DNA of 39,960 nucleotides from an uncultured Candidatus Saccharibacteria bacterium (lineage in GTDB: Bacteria; Patescibacteriota; Minisyncoccia; Phycocordibacterales; UBA1006): positions 6,922 to 46,881 of the forward strand of contig CAZGCO010000003.1 in assembly GCA_964524475.1 (NCBI GenBank), in the 5' to 3' direction. The notes under the pieces were generated by a model. That model saw only the letters and a program-made list of their open reading frames with translations. It ran no database searches and was not told the DNA's origin. The position numbers were made by a program, and so were the translations under genes. Positions 8,026-17,734 of the stretch are shown here, in pieces (the stretch's first letter is position 1; the number at the start of each line of letters is the position of its first letter).

Positions 8026-8094
8026 ATATTACCATCCAAGGATGGTAAAGTGTTTGAACCCGTATACTATATCATATCTTGCAAAAAATGCAAC

Positions 8095-9225
8095 TTAATC
8101 CTCTCTATCAGGTTTATCCAACAATTCTATTTCAATTCCTGCTGATTCTCCTGTAATACGTAATACATCTTTGTCTATTTTTTTCAATTCTCTTGATGAC
8201 AAATTATACTGGTTTACCACAGTATTCAGATTATTACCTAATTTACCATGGTATTCTTCATAAGATTTAATATGTCGCCCCAGTTCACCCACATGCTTCA
8301 TAATCTCTGTTGCTTTTTCTTCGATTTGAAGTGCTTTGAGTCCTTGTAATACAGTTTGCAAATAAGCCAAAAAACTAGTAGGGGAGACAATAATAACACG
8401 GTATTTACCAGCAGCACGTTGTATCAGGTTTTCATTATCATCCGCTATACCACCGATTTTATTAATAAGTAAATCATAATAAATAGCCTCGTGGGGTATA
8501 AACATAAACGCAAAGTCCATCGTTCCTAAATCTGGGCGAACATATTTTGCTGTTTCAGTAATACGACTTTTCAAATCATTTACAAACAATTTTTCTAAAC
8601 GAGCTTTTTCCAAAAGGTCGGATGTTTCAGTGATACGATTGTAATTTTCCAAAGAAAATTTTGAATCAATAGGAATAATTTTTTCACGTATGAATACCAC
8701 TGCATCAGGAATAAGATCATTACCGTCATCATTCTTACCCAATTTATATTGCATTTCAAAACTACCAGGGGGCATGATATTTTTCAAAAGTGTTTCCAAA
8801 TAATATTCACCTAAAATACCTCTTTGTTTTGGATTTTTTAAAATATCTTGCAAGGATTGTAACTGATCTGCAAATGATCTCACTTGTTTATTTCCTTCTT
8901 TTACTTCTACTAATTCACGAGTGATTTCTTGGATAATTCGTTGTGAATCAGAATATTGTTTTTGTGATTCGGACATCTGATGTTCAAGTGATTTTTGCAC
9001 TATATCTGACGAACGATCCATTTTTTTGTCTAATGTATTACTAACGTCTGTCAGTTTTTGATCTACGGTACGATTTACCTCGTTTAGCTGTTGGAGAATC
9101 AGTTTCAACCCTGTGTCATCCTGTTTTGTTTCTGGCAATTCATTATTCTTGAAAAATGCTATATATATCAATAATATCAGAACAAATATTCCGAGAATAA
9201 TCAAGATAGTGATTTCTGTAGTCAT
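8095..9225 (-). CDS. rmuC: DNA recombination protein RmuC (376 aa)
   Basis: N-terminal TM helix, a long coiled coil, then the conserved core PDAVVFI...IPIDSKFSLENY...FAFMFIPHEAIYYDLL...IIVSPTSFLAYLQ. Confidence 0.8.
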   Translation of the reverse strand: MTTEITILIILGIFVLILLIYIAFFKNNELPETKQDDTGLKLILQQLNEVNRTVDQKLTDVSNTLDKKMDRSSDIVQKSLEHQMSESQKQYSDSQRIIQEITRELVEVKEGNKQVRSFADQLQSLQDILKNPKQRGILGEYYLETLLKNIMPPGSFEMQYKLGKNDDGNDLIPDAVVFIREKIIPIDSKFSLENYNRITETSDLLEKARLEKLFVNDLKSRITETAKYVRPDLGTMDFAFMFIPHEAIYYDLLINKIGGIADDNENLIQRAAGKYRVIIVSPTSFLAYLQTVLQGLKALQIEEKATEIMKHVGELGRHIKSYEEYHGKLGNNLNTVVNQYNLSSRELKKIDKDVLRITGESAGIEIELLDKPDRED

Positions 9226-9268
9226 ATATGCTAGTATATAGGTATATTAATAAATAATCAAAATTATT

Positions 9269-9727
9269 ATGTCATTACAACAAACTATAAAAGAGTCTCT
9301 TAAAGATGCAATGAAATCAGGTGATAGTGTTCGTGTAACGGTTATTCGTGGGTTATCTAGTGCATTTACTAATGAATTAGTAGCAACAAAAAGAACACCT
9401 CAAGACACCTTAACTGATGACGAGGTTCTCGCTGTTATTACTCGTGAAGCAAAACGCCGCAAAGATTCTATTAGTCAATTTAATGATGCAGGTCGTGCAG
9501 ATCTAGCAACCGATGAACAGGCAGAATTAACAATTTTAGAAGAATATCTCCCGACACTTATGACCACTGATGAAATCAGGGCATATATCGTTCCAAAGAT
9601 TGCAGAAATGGGGGATATGGACGCATCAAAATCAGGTATGATCACAGGGGTATTCATGAAAGAATTAAAAGGAAAGGCAGCAGGAGATGATGTAAAAATG
9701 GTTATTGATGAAATATTAAAAGCCTAA
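9269..9727 (+). CDS. yqeY: GatB/YqeY domain protein (152 aa)
   Basis: The pattern LKDAMKSGD..R..VIR.L...F.N ... EAKRRKDSI..F ... EL.ILEEYLP is typical of YqeY. Confidence 0.75.
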   Translation: MSLQQTIKESLKDAMKSGDSVRVTVIRGLSSAFTNELVATKRTPQDTLTDDEVLAVITREAKRRKDSISQFNDAGRADLATDEQAELTILEEYLPTLMTTDEIRAYIVPKIAEMGDMDASKSGMITGVFMKELKGKAAGDDVKMVIDEILKA

Positions 9728-9751
9728 ACATATAGTTTATAATTATTTTTT

Positions 9752-10090
9752 ATGATTAAATTAATTTTAAAACTACTCGGAAGTGCGACTGCATTAATAG
9801 TAATTTCGTACATGGTAGCAGGTATTACCGTAAATTCATTTACTGTTGCACTCATCGCAGGTATTGTATTCGCTATTATTAATATTACTTTGAAACCATT
9901 ATTGCAAATCCTTGCATTTCCTATAAATATTGTTACTTTAGGACTTTTTGGATTTTTAATAAATGCATTCTTGTTCTGGTTAGTAGGATATTTTGTAAAT
10001 GGATTCGATGTACAGACTATATCAGCAGCATTTATTGGATCATTTATCATGTCAATTATCATGTGGATGCTTTCAATATTAATTGATTAA
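9752..10090 (+). CDS. Four-helix small membrane protein, DUF360 / phage-holin-4_2 superfamily-like (112 aa)
   Basis: Translation has LKPLLQILAFPINIVTLGLFGFLINAFLFWLVGYFV and four hydrophobic segments. It follows yqeY and precedes a terminator, so the mirror ORF on the minus strand is treated as spurious. Confidence 0.6.
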   Translation: MIKLILKLLGSATALIVISYMVAGITVNSFTVALIAGIVFAIINITLKPLLQILAFPINIVTLGLFGFLINAFLFWLVGYFVNGFDVQTISAAFIGSFIMSIIMWMLSILID

Positions 10091-10143
10091 AAAATAACAC
10101 ACAAAAAAGCTCACATAGTGAGCTTTTTTGTGTGTTATTTTTT
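10090..10143. terminator. Very long perfect inverted repeat (25 bp stem, 3-nt loop) acting as a terminator
   Basis: aaaaataacacacaaaaaagctcac-ata-gtgagcttttttgtgtgttattttt. Confidence 0.75.
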
Positions 10144-10265
10144 ACAAAACAAAAGCCCTCAGAATTGAGAACTTCGGACCTGGCTATCATTGACTGATAT
10201 CGGCTGTTCACTTTTAGGGAACAATCTTCGCGGTCTTTACTATGTTAACATATTGATATATGTTG

Positions 10266-12398
10266 TCACTCTTTCGGTAATAGTTTTTCTATGGTATTTC
10301 TTACTTGCTCCAGATGGTGTGCAATACCTGCATCAGGATGATTACTTTGGTGTTTTTTCAGTATAGATAATTTATTCATAATCATAGCAATCTCTTGATC
10401 TGTTTGATGTAGTGCAATATTTTCAGATAATAGTTGAGTTAAATCATTTTTCTTTAATAGATTAATAATTATTTTTTCAACATTATCAATATCATCATGA
10501 GCATCTACTCCAGGATCTTTGTCTTGCTGTGATTCTAGTAATTTTAAATAATTTACCAATGCTTTTATTTCATCAACAGGGGAGAGTGTGTGTTCTGAAG
10601 ATACAGACAGATTGTTTATTGTTTCTAAAGCAGGGTTTTCTATATCATGCTCTTCTTGTATTTTTTTTGATACACTATCATTATTTTCTTGATCATGTAT
10701 ATCTTCAGTTAAATCAACAACACTTTCTATTTCTGATAAACTTGTAACACCTGCAATCAATTTTACCATAGCATCTTCTGCCATAGTAAAAATTCCTTGA
10801 TGAGTAGAACCACGTCGGATGTCTCGTTCTGATGGATTTTTTGCAATAATATCAGTAATTTTATCGTCAATTAAAATTGCCTCATATAATCCAACCTGAC
10901 CCTTATATCCCTTCATACCACAGGTCTCACATCCATCACCATTCGTATAAATATTAAACTGCATATCACTAGTGATATGGTGTTGTGTTAATGGTTTTTT
11001 ATGAAACTCTGCATTTTTAATAATATTACGCACCATTATTTCTTGTTCACTTGTTAATGTATACGGTTTTTTACACCCAGTACATAATCTGCGTACTAAT
11101 CGCTGCGCCATACAAACAGTTAATGCGTCAGGTAATATTCGCGGGTTAATACCCAATTCTATCATACGGGGAATAGCGCCAGCAGCATTATTAGTGTGGA
11201 GTGTAGATAACACAAGATGTCCGGTAAGAGATGCATTAATAGCCGTTGTTGCAGTTTCTTTGTCACGTATTTCTCCAACCATCACAACATCAGGATCCTG
11301 ACGGAGTGCTGCTCGCAAACCATTACTGAAATCATAGCCTTTTTCACTATCTGTTTGTGTCTGAGTAACTCCTGGTAGGTGATATTCGATAGGGTCTTCA
11401 ATGGTAAGAATTTTTATTTCTGGAGAGTAAATAGTTTTTAATATTGAATACAAGGTTGTTGTTTTTCCAGATCCCGTAGGACCTGTGGTCAATATCATAC
11501 CATTTGGTTTCTTGATTTCTTCTTGTAATTTTTCAAACAAGAACGGATCAAACCCAAGTCCAGCAAAATCAACCGTAAGACCCTCGGGATTTAAAATACG
11601 CATAACAATAGATTCTCCATATGGTCCCGGAATCAAAGAGGTACGAATTTCGATTTCAATAGTTTTGTAATTAATAGAAAACCGTCCATCCTGCGCGATC
11701 ACACTGTTACTGATTTTCATTTCAGACAACAGTTTTATACGTGAGTTTAATTGATGGTATATATCCAAAGGAAATTCTAGAATATCCTGCAATACTCCAT
11801 CTTGACGAAAACGTAATCGTGCATGTTCTTCACCTGGTTCGATATGCACATCAGAACTTTTTGTTCCAATTGCTGAACCAAAAATAATCTCCATAATATG
11901 AGATGTTTTATGTGTATCTTTACTTTCTAATACTTCATGTAAACGAGTACCAATATCATCATTACTATGTATTTCATTTGCTAATTTTTCCAACTCAACA
12001 GGAGATATATCCAAAAGTCCCTGACGACTATACGTCGTATTAGAAATATCTGCATAGCGTGCCCATGCTTTTTCTAAACTTGCAGTAGATGCCAGATATA
12101 CTGTTGTTACATATTCACGATTTTCCAAATCGTTTAACACATTTAATGTTTCTGCACGATAAGGAGATTTTACGGCAACTGAAACATTTTTCCCAACCAT
12201 GGCAAAACATACCACCAGAGATTCACGTGACACGGTTTCATCAACTAATTTTAATGCATCCATATTAATACCCAGCCCTGCAAGATTAATATAAGGAATC
12301 TTCATATCCTTTGCCTGCTTCTGTGTCGATGATTCTTCTTGGATTGCACGTACTTCGTCCAATCTCTTATTTTGTTCTTCATCATTAAAGACTGTCAT
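10266..12398 (-). CDS. pilB: Type IV pilus / type II secretion assembly ATPase (PilB/GspE family) with a ~150-aa C-terminal extension
   Basis: T2SSE N-domain, Walker A GPTGSGKTTT, Asp box, Walker B DPDVVMVGEIRD, His box LVLSTLHTN and the tetra-Cys CTGC...CETC motif. Confidence 0.9.
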   Translation of the reverse strand: MTVFNDEEQNKRLDEVRAIQEESSTQKQAKDMKIPYINLAGLGINMDALKLVDETVSRESLVVCFAMVGKNVSVAVKSPYRAETLNVLNDLENREYVTTVYLASTASLEKAWARYADISNTTYSRQGLLDISPVELEKLANEIHSNDDIGTRLHEVLESKDTHKTSHIMEIIFGSAIGTKSSDVHIEPGEEHARLRFRQDGVLQDILEFPLDIYHQLNSRIKLLSEMKISNSVIAQDGRFSINYKTIEIEIRTSLIPGPYGESIVMRILNPEGLTVDFAGLGFDPFLFEKLQEEIKKPNGMILTTGPTGSGKTTTLYSILKTIYSPEIKILTIEDPIEYHLPGVTQTQTDSEKGYDFSNGLRAALRQDPDVVMVGEIRDKETATTAINASLTGHLVLSTLHTNNAAGAIPRMIELGINPRILPDALTVCMAQRLVRRLCTGCKKPYTLTSEQEIMVRNIIKNAEFHKKPLTQHHITSDMQFNIYTNGDGCETCGMKGYKGQVGLYEAILIDDKITDIIAKNPSERDIRRGSTHQGIFTMAEDAMVKLIAGVTSLSEIESVVDLTEDIHDQENNDSVSKKIQEEHDIENPALETINNLSVSSEHTLSPVDEIKALVNYLKLLESQQDKDPGVDAHDDIDNVEKIIINLLKKNDLTQLLSENIALHQTDQEIAMIMNKLSILKKHQSNHPDAGIAHHLEQVRNTIEKLLPKE

Positions 12399-12437
12399 AT
12401 GTAATAGTATATCACAAACATGAATCTAGATACAAAC

Positions 12438-12473
12438 AAAAACACTCGCTAATTATATTTAACGAGTGTTTTT
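12438..12473 (-). terminator. Intrinsic terminator after hisS
   Basis: aaaaacactcg...cgagtgttttt stem with a 14-nt loop, followed by a T-run on the minus strand. Confidence 0.7.
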
Positions 12474-12482
12474 GTGAAAAGA

Positions 12483-13802
12483 TTATTTTATTTTTTTCAA
12501 ATAACTTGTTAGTTCAGAAATCTTTACAATATCTTGATGTCTATTTTCCATGTTTTTTATAATAACCGTATTATCAATTGCCTCACGTTGTCCTAAAATA
12601 AATACATATTTTACTCCAAGGTTTTCTGCATGACCCAATTGTGCACCCAGTTTATCCTTTGCAATAGCTTGGATTACAGGGAATTTCACTTTGCGCATGA
12701 TTTCCAATACGTTGAGTGCTTTTAATTTTGCTTCCAATCCGAACTGTATGAAATATGCTTTTGGTTCATCAATAATACGTGGTTTCAATCCCGCCCACCA
12801 CGATGCAGTAATCACACGATCAACACCAAATGATATCCCTGCTGCAGGAATATCTTTCTTGCCACCTAGTTGTTTTGCAAGTGAATCATAACGACCACCA
12901 CCACAGATAGTTAATGATCGGGTTGTACCGTCTTCGTTAGGAATTTCTTCCATGATTTCAAAAACAGTTCGTGTGTAGTATGACAATCCTCGTACCAAAT
13001 TATTATTAACGGTGTACGGAATATTCATTTCTTCTAAATATTTCAGGACTTCATTAAAATGTTTTTTACAATCAGAACATAAACATCCAATAATACTTGG
13101 TGCCCCTTTGTTAATCTCGATTGTTTTTGGATCTTTACTGTCTAATATTCGAAGGGGATTTTTTATTAATCGCTCTCGGTCGACAGCAGGAAGATCTTTT
13201 TGATGTTTTTTGTAATACGCAGTCAATTCTTTCAGTATTTTAGTACGACATTCCTTATCACCAATACTGTTGATATCTACCGACAGTTTTTTTGCTCCTG
13301 ATTCTTGTAATATAGTATACGCTGTACGTACTAATAGTGCGTCAACAATACTCTTTTCAGATCCATACGCATCCAGGTCAAACTGAGTAAACTGTCGATA
13401 ACGGCCTTTTTGTGGCGTATCATGACGAAATACAGGACCATAGTGATAGATAAGAACAGGTTGAGACAGGGAAGACATACCGTGTTCGATATATGCACGC
13501 ATGGTTCCCGCAGTATGTTCAGGACGGAGTGCTAATATATCACCACCCTTGGTTTTTAAACTATACATTTCTTTATCAACAACATCAGTACCTTCTCCAA
13601 TAGCGGTAGTAAATACTGACGCATATTCCATGACAGGGGTTTCAAAAGGCTTAAAACCATAATATTCAGCTACTTCTTGAGCTTTTTCAATAAACCCTTG
13701 GATAGCATAAAAATCATCCCCTGATATATCTCGCATACCTTTTACACTTTGCAAGGGGTCTTTTTGGGCTTTATTTACTATTTTTTTTGCTGTTTTTGGC
13801 AT
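12483..13802 (-). CDS. hisS: Histidine--tRNA ligase (439 aa)
   Basis: Motifs GMRDI, LRPEHTAGTMRAY, FRHDTPQKGRYRQFTQFD, GGGRYD and a C-terminal anticodon-binding domain. Confidence 0.92.
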   Translation of the reverse strand: MPKTAKKIVNKAQKDPLQSVKGMRDISGDDFYAIQGFIEKAQEVAEYYGFKPFETPVMEYASVFTTAIGEGTDVVDKEMYSLKTKGGDILALRPEHTAGTMRAYIEHGMSSLSQPVLIYHYGPVFRHDTPQKGRYRQFTQFDLDAYGSEKSIVDALLVRTAYTILQESGAKKLSVDINSIGDKECRTKILKELTAYYKKHQKDLPAVDRERLIKNPLRILDSKDPKTIEINKGAPSIIGCLCSDCKKHFNEVLKYLEEMNIPYTVNNNLVRGLSYYTRTVFEIMEEIPNEDGTTRSLTICGGGRYDSLAKQLGGKKDIPAAGISFGVDRVITASWWAGLKPRIIDEPKAYFIQFGLEAKLKALNVLEIMRKVKFPVIQAIAKDKLGAQLGHAENLGVKYVFILGQREAIDNTVIIKNMENRHQDIVKISELTSYLKKIK

Positions 13803-13877
13803 AATATAACCCCAGTATACACTATTGTGGAATTTTGTAAAAAGGTAACAACCTATGGAAAACTAGGGTCAATACTA

Positions 13878-13905
13878 TTGACAAATATAATAATTCGTGT
13901 ATAAT
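13878..13905 (+). promoter_or_regulatory. Near-consensus sigma70 promoter TTGACA-16-TATAAT with TG just upstream of the -10
   Basis: ttgaca at 13878-13883 and tataat at 13900-13905. It lies inside the longer track ORF, which argues for the downstream start at 13957. Confidence 0.6.
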
Positions 13906-13956
13906 AGATTAGGAATTGGCTTCCAGTTTTTTATCAAAAAAAAAATACTATTTTTT

Positions 13957-14337
13957 ATGAAATTATTTATCTATTTTTTAATCACTTTTTTTAGTTTTTC
14001 AACTACCATATCTGCACAAACAGAGATCAACTGTAATGAAGACACTGTAAGACATTATTTCGAAGTTGTTTTAACAAGGGCAGAATATGAAAACCTTAAA
14101 AAGACAACTAATAATAAGTGCATTATTCCAGAAATATGCACGTGTCCACCATTGAATGATACCTTATCCAACTACTATTACAATAGTAATAATATGACGT
14201 ATCAACCACAAGTACAATCAATCCAAGATGTATATGAATACAAAAATGGACAAATGGTTCCTATAATATTCAATTCACAATCATCCTGGCAGAGAACAGC
14301 AAAAATAGCAGGCAATATTATATTTCCCTGGTATTAA
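13957..14337 (+). CDS. Small secreted Cys-containing hypothetical protein (126 aa)
   Basis: Signal-peptide-like N-terminus MKLFIYFLITFFSFSTTISAQ and four Cys residues. No family recognised. Confidence 0.5.
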   Translation: MKLFIYFLITFFSFSTTISAQTEINCNEDTVRHYFEVVLTRAEYENLKKTTNNKCIIPEICTCPPLNDTLSNYYYNSNNMTYQPQVQSIQDVYEYKNGQMVPIIFNSQSSWQRTAKIAGNIIFPWY

Positions 14338-14459
14338 TTTCTTTATCATACAAATACAAAAATACCCTAATATAATTTTATTAGGGGTTTTTATTGGACA
14401 AAATAGATTTTTTCATGTAGAGTGTGTCGGTAATTATTATTTATCTACTTACTTTTATT

Positions 14460-16256
14460 ATGGAAATTAGAAACATTGCTATCATCGCCCACGTAGACCA
14501 TGGGAAAACGACTCTGACCGATAAAATATTGGAATTTTGTGGTATGCGCGAAGAAGGAGTATCTATGGACAACAATGCGCTTGAAATGGAGCGTGGTATT
14601 ACCATCTATGCGAAAAACACGTCAGTGTTTTATCGTGATACAAAAATCAACATTGTAGACACACCAGGTCACGCGGATTTCGGATCAGAAGTAGAACGTG
14701 TACTCCGTAGTATTGATTCAGTACTGCTCATCGTAGATGCCCAAGAAGGTCCTATGCCTCAAACACGTTTCGTATTGAAAAAATCTCTGGAACTTGGACT
14801 CCGACCAATTCTCGTATTAAACAAAATAGACAAACCAGGGGCAGATGTACATCGTGCCCATGATGAAGTTTTTGAACTGTTTATGGAGCTTGGCGCTACT
14901 GATGAACAATTAGATTTTACAACCATCTACGCTATCGGACGTGACGGAGTATCAAAGAAAACCGCAGATGGAGAATGGTCAGATATGTCAGCAATGCTTG
15001 ATGTGATACTTGAAAAAGTCCCTGCTGCAGCGAACGACACAGAAAAACCATTTCGTATGCAACCATTTAATCTTGCATATGATAATTTCCTGGGACGTTT
15101 AGGTATCGGACGTGTATATGAAGGAATCATTAAAAATGGTCAAACCGTAACTGTTAAACAACCAACAGGGGAGGCACGTACAGGTAAAATAACAAAACTA
15201 TTTACCTTTGAAGGAACAAAACGTGTTGAAGTAGAATCAGCAATAGCAGGGGACATTGTAATGATTTCAGGAATTGCAGATATTTATATTGGTGAAACAG
15301 TATCTATTGACAATAATGCAGAACCGTTGCCTGCTATTACTGTAGACGAACCAACTATTCAATTGGATCTATTGGTAAACAATAGTCCATTTGCAGGACG
15401 TGAAGGAAAATTCGTAACAACACGACAAATCAAAGAACGCCTAGAAAAAGAATTGGAAATAAACGTAGGATTGCGTGTAAACTTTGATGCAGACCCTACA
15501 CGTATTGTAGAAGGATTTAAAATATTTGGACGAGGAGAAATGCATATTGCGGTTCTTCTGGAAAACATGCGACGTGAAGGATTTGAAATGCAGGTATCAC
15601 AACCACAAGCTATTATCAAAGAGATTGATGGCGTAAAAACAGAACCATACGAAAGTGTAACTATTGACGTACCATCAGAATTCCAAGGAATGGTTATCGA
15701 AAAACTAGGTACTCGTGGATTCATTATGGCAGACATGAAAATCAACGATGCAACCGTTCGTATGATATTCGAAGGACCTACACGTGGACTATTCGGATAC
15801 CGTAGTCAGTTCATGATCGATACAAAAGGTGAGGGAATTATGGCAAGTCAATTTACTGGATTCAAAGATTACGCAGGGGTTATTACTCGCAAAAACTTTG
15901 GATCAATGACATCTATGGAATCTGGTAAAGTATTAGGATTCTCATTAGGAAACCTACAAGAACGTGGAACATTATATGTAGGACCTAATATTGAAGTTTA
16001 CGAAGGAATGGTTATTGGAAATACCGCAAAAGGTGACGAGATGATCGTAAACCCATGTAAAGGGAAGCAGCTCACCAACATGCGTGCGTCAGGAACAGAT
16101 GACATGATTATGCTCATTCCACCGATCACGGTAACTATTGAACGAGGACTAGAATTAATCCAAGAAGATGAATACCTAGAAATCACTCCAAAAAATGTTC
16201 GTATCCGTAAACAATATCTAACAGAATCAGAACGGTCAAAACACAAGAGAAAGTAA
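14460..16256 (+). CDS. typA: Translational GTPase TypA/BipA (598 aa)
   Basis: IRNIAIIAHVDHGKTTL, DTPGHADFGSEVER, NKIDK, followed by EF-G-like domains and the BipA-specific C-terminal domain. Confidence 0.92.
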   Translation: MEIRNIAIIAHVDHGKTTLTDKILEFCGMREEGVSMDNNALEMERGITIYAKNTSVFYRDTKINIVDTPGHADFGSEVERVLRSIDSVLLIVDAQEGPMPQTRFVLKKSLELGLRPILVLNKIDKPGADVHRAHDEVFELFMELGATDEQLDFTTIYAIGRDGVSKKTADGEWSDMSAMLDVILEKVPAAANDTEKPFRMQPFNLAYDNFLGRLGIGRVYEGIIKNGQTVTVKQPTGEARTGKITKLFTFEGTKRVEVESAIAGDIVMISGIADIYIGETVSIDNNAEPLPAITVDEPTIQLDLLVNNSPFAGREGKFVTTRQIKERLEKELEINVGLRVNFDADPTRIVEGFKIFGRGEMHIAVLLENMRREGFEMQVSQPQAIIKEIDGVKTEPYESVTIDVPSEFQGMVIEKLGTRGFIMADMKINDATVRMIFEGPTRGLFGYRSQFMIDTKGEGIMASQFTGFKDYAGVITRKNFGSMTSMESGKVLGFSLGNLQERGTLYVGPNIEVYEGMVIGNTAKGDEMIVNPCKGKQLTNMRASGTDDMIMLIPPITVTIERGLELIQEDEYLEITPKNVRIRKQYLTESERSKHKRK

Positions 16257-16278
16257 TAGGGAGGAGAAGAGATAAAAT

Positions 16279-16306
16279 AAAACCAGGCAATATGCCTGGT
16301 TTTATT
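16279..16306 (+). terminator. Intrinsic terminator after typA
   Basis: aaaaccaggca-ata-tgcctggtttt hairpin. Confidence 0.8.
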
Positions 16307-16410
16307 ATGTTTATATATAAAAGGGTTTAAAAATACCTAATTGTCCCACAATATATCTTTTGTAACATTAATATAATATAGTCTTGTATTATATATATTT
16401 ATTATAATAG

Positions 16411-17286
16411 CTAGTTTCTACACTTTTCAAAATTAGTTACTTGATTGTTATACTTCTCAACCATCACTGCAAGATTATCGACCATCTTATTATATGTGTC
16501 TTTTTTATTCTTGAGTTCTTTTTCAAATATATTAATAACAGAATTATCGGTAACCTTACCAATCTCCCGGTCAAGGTTTTCAATTTCTTTGTATAACATA
16601 ACACCTGCTTTGGTCATATCAGCAATACTGTTTTTTAAACCATTATCAATAGCAGGACATGCAAGCCTGGACTTTCCAAAGTGCTGTACAATGATATATG
16701 TTTTTTTCCCAAACATATACCCAGACTCTACAGTGATACCAGTCACGGTATATACAGGGTCTAATATATTTTTTCTATGTCCTGAACTTTTCATCCATGC
16801 GTCAACAACGTCTTGAGCTGAATCAAAATCACCCATTGCTAAATTTTCACTAATTTTTATATAATCAAAACTAGTATTATCAACAAAGTAACTAAAATTT
16901 CTACCCTGTAAATCGTTATGGCTAAAATATTGATTATCGAACATATTACCTGATTTTGATAATGATGATTGAGTAAGACTTTCACTAATTTCAAGAGGTT
17001 CTAGATTATGTATTTTTCTTTCATTATTAACTAATGTATAAACATTTAATGCAGAAAGAGATAATTTTTTTGATATAGTTAATTCTGTATTTTTATAGGA
17101 ATCTTGCTGTACTGATTCTGGTACATTATGAGCAGTTGTACTATCTAATGATTCAAGTATTTCTGTGTCTTTGGGAAAAATAAAATATGGCGTATGTGTT
17201 AATTTTGATATAAAAAAAACAATACTCACCGTAACGAGCAACAAGACTACTCCCCTATTGACATGTAATCGTAATAATGAAATCAT
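16411..17286 (-). CDS. Membrane-anchored CAP/SCP (YkwD-like) domain protein with a coiled-coil tail (291 aa)
   Basis: N-terminal TM helix, then LVNNERKIHNL.PL, FSHND, ENLAMG and VVDAWMKSSGHRKNIL, which are CAP-domain signatures. Confidence 0.7.
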   Translation of the reverse strand: MISLLRLHVNRGVVLLLVTVSIVFFISKLTHTPYFIFPKDTEILESLDSTTAHNVPESVQQDSYKNTELTISKKLSLSALNVYTLVNNERKIHNLEPLEISESLTQSSLSKSGNMFDNQYFSHNDLQGRNFSYFVDNTSFDYIKISENLAMGDFDSAQDVVDAWMKSSGHRKNILDPVYTVTGITVESGYMFGKKTYIIVQHFGKSRLACPAIDNGLKNSIADMTKAGVMLYKEIENLDREIGKVTDNSVINIFEKELKNKKDTYNKMVDNLAVMVEKYNNQVTNFEKCRN

Positions 17287-17338
17287 AAAAAATCTTTTAT
17301 ATACTATAGTATATCACTCTTTATTTTAAAATTAAATA

Positions 17339-17734
17339 CTAATTTACTGGACTACATTGATCAGAGAAACTATACCCTGCTTGCTCTGCATCTGAAGGTG
17401 TAGTAAAAAATACCTGATTTTCTGGTTTAATTCTGGATGCACTCTTACAACTTACAGGATAATACTTGCTCCCGTTTTTTGATGCTACATACTGCCCTAC
17501 TTGATTATCAACAGATTTTGATACTGTATTATTTGTGATATTTTTTTGAAGATTGTGCGGTATATACACCGTAGCCTGCGAGACCAATGGAGGATATTCA
17601 ATACGAAACGGTAATGAAGACCGAGAAATACTCTGTACATACATACCAGCCAAATAACACGTAAAACAGCCTATTATATAGACAAAATATCGCATATATA
17701 TGATTTGTTTCGGGGTATTATTGTATTCAGACAT
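17339..17734 (-). CDS. Membrane-anchored 'sunset'/Ada-Zn-like small domain protein (start uncertain: 17767 TTG, 17734 ATG or 17695 ATG)
   Basis: The C-terminus SKYYPVSCKSASRIKPENQVFFTTPSDAEQAGYSFSDQC matches the Y-H/Y-x-C...I...N...F.S..eA..aGY..C pattern. Confidence 0.55.
   Translation of the reverse strand: MSEYNNTPKQIIYMRYFVYIIGCFTCYLAGMYVQSISRSSLPFRIEYPPLVSQATVYIPHNLQKNITNNTVSKSVDNQVGQYVASKNGSKYYPVSCKSASRIKPENQVFFTTPSDAEQAGYSFSDQCSPVN

Noticed and set aside
7927-8145. 72-aa plus-strand ORF in the track
   Set aside because: It is the mirror image of the minus-strand initiator tRNA plus flanking hairpins. A clear cloverleaf explains the sequence.
9724-10062. 112-aa minus-strand ORF mirroring the DUF360-like gene
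   Set aside because: The plus-strand product has the recognisable four-helix family pattern, follows yqeY closely and is followed by a terminator. The minus-strand ORF is an antisense artefact of hydrophobic codons.
9752-10090. A 'phage holin'-superfamily protein as evidence of a prophage
   Set aside because: There are no phage structural, lysis, integrase or terminase genes nearby. This family is widespread as a chromosomal membrane protein.
10145-10260. Possible SRP (4.5S) RNA, because the minus strand contains ccaggtccgaag, reminiscent of CAGGUCCGGAAGG
   Set aside because: There is no GGAA tetraloop closing stem, no AGCAGC 3' strand, and no long helix pairing the ends. The resemblance is limited to about 10 nt.
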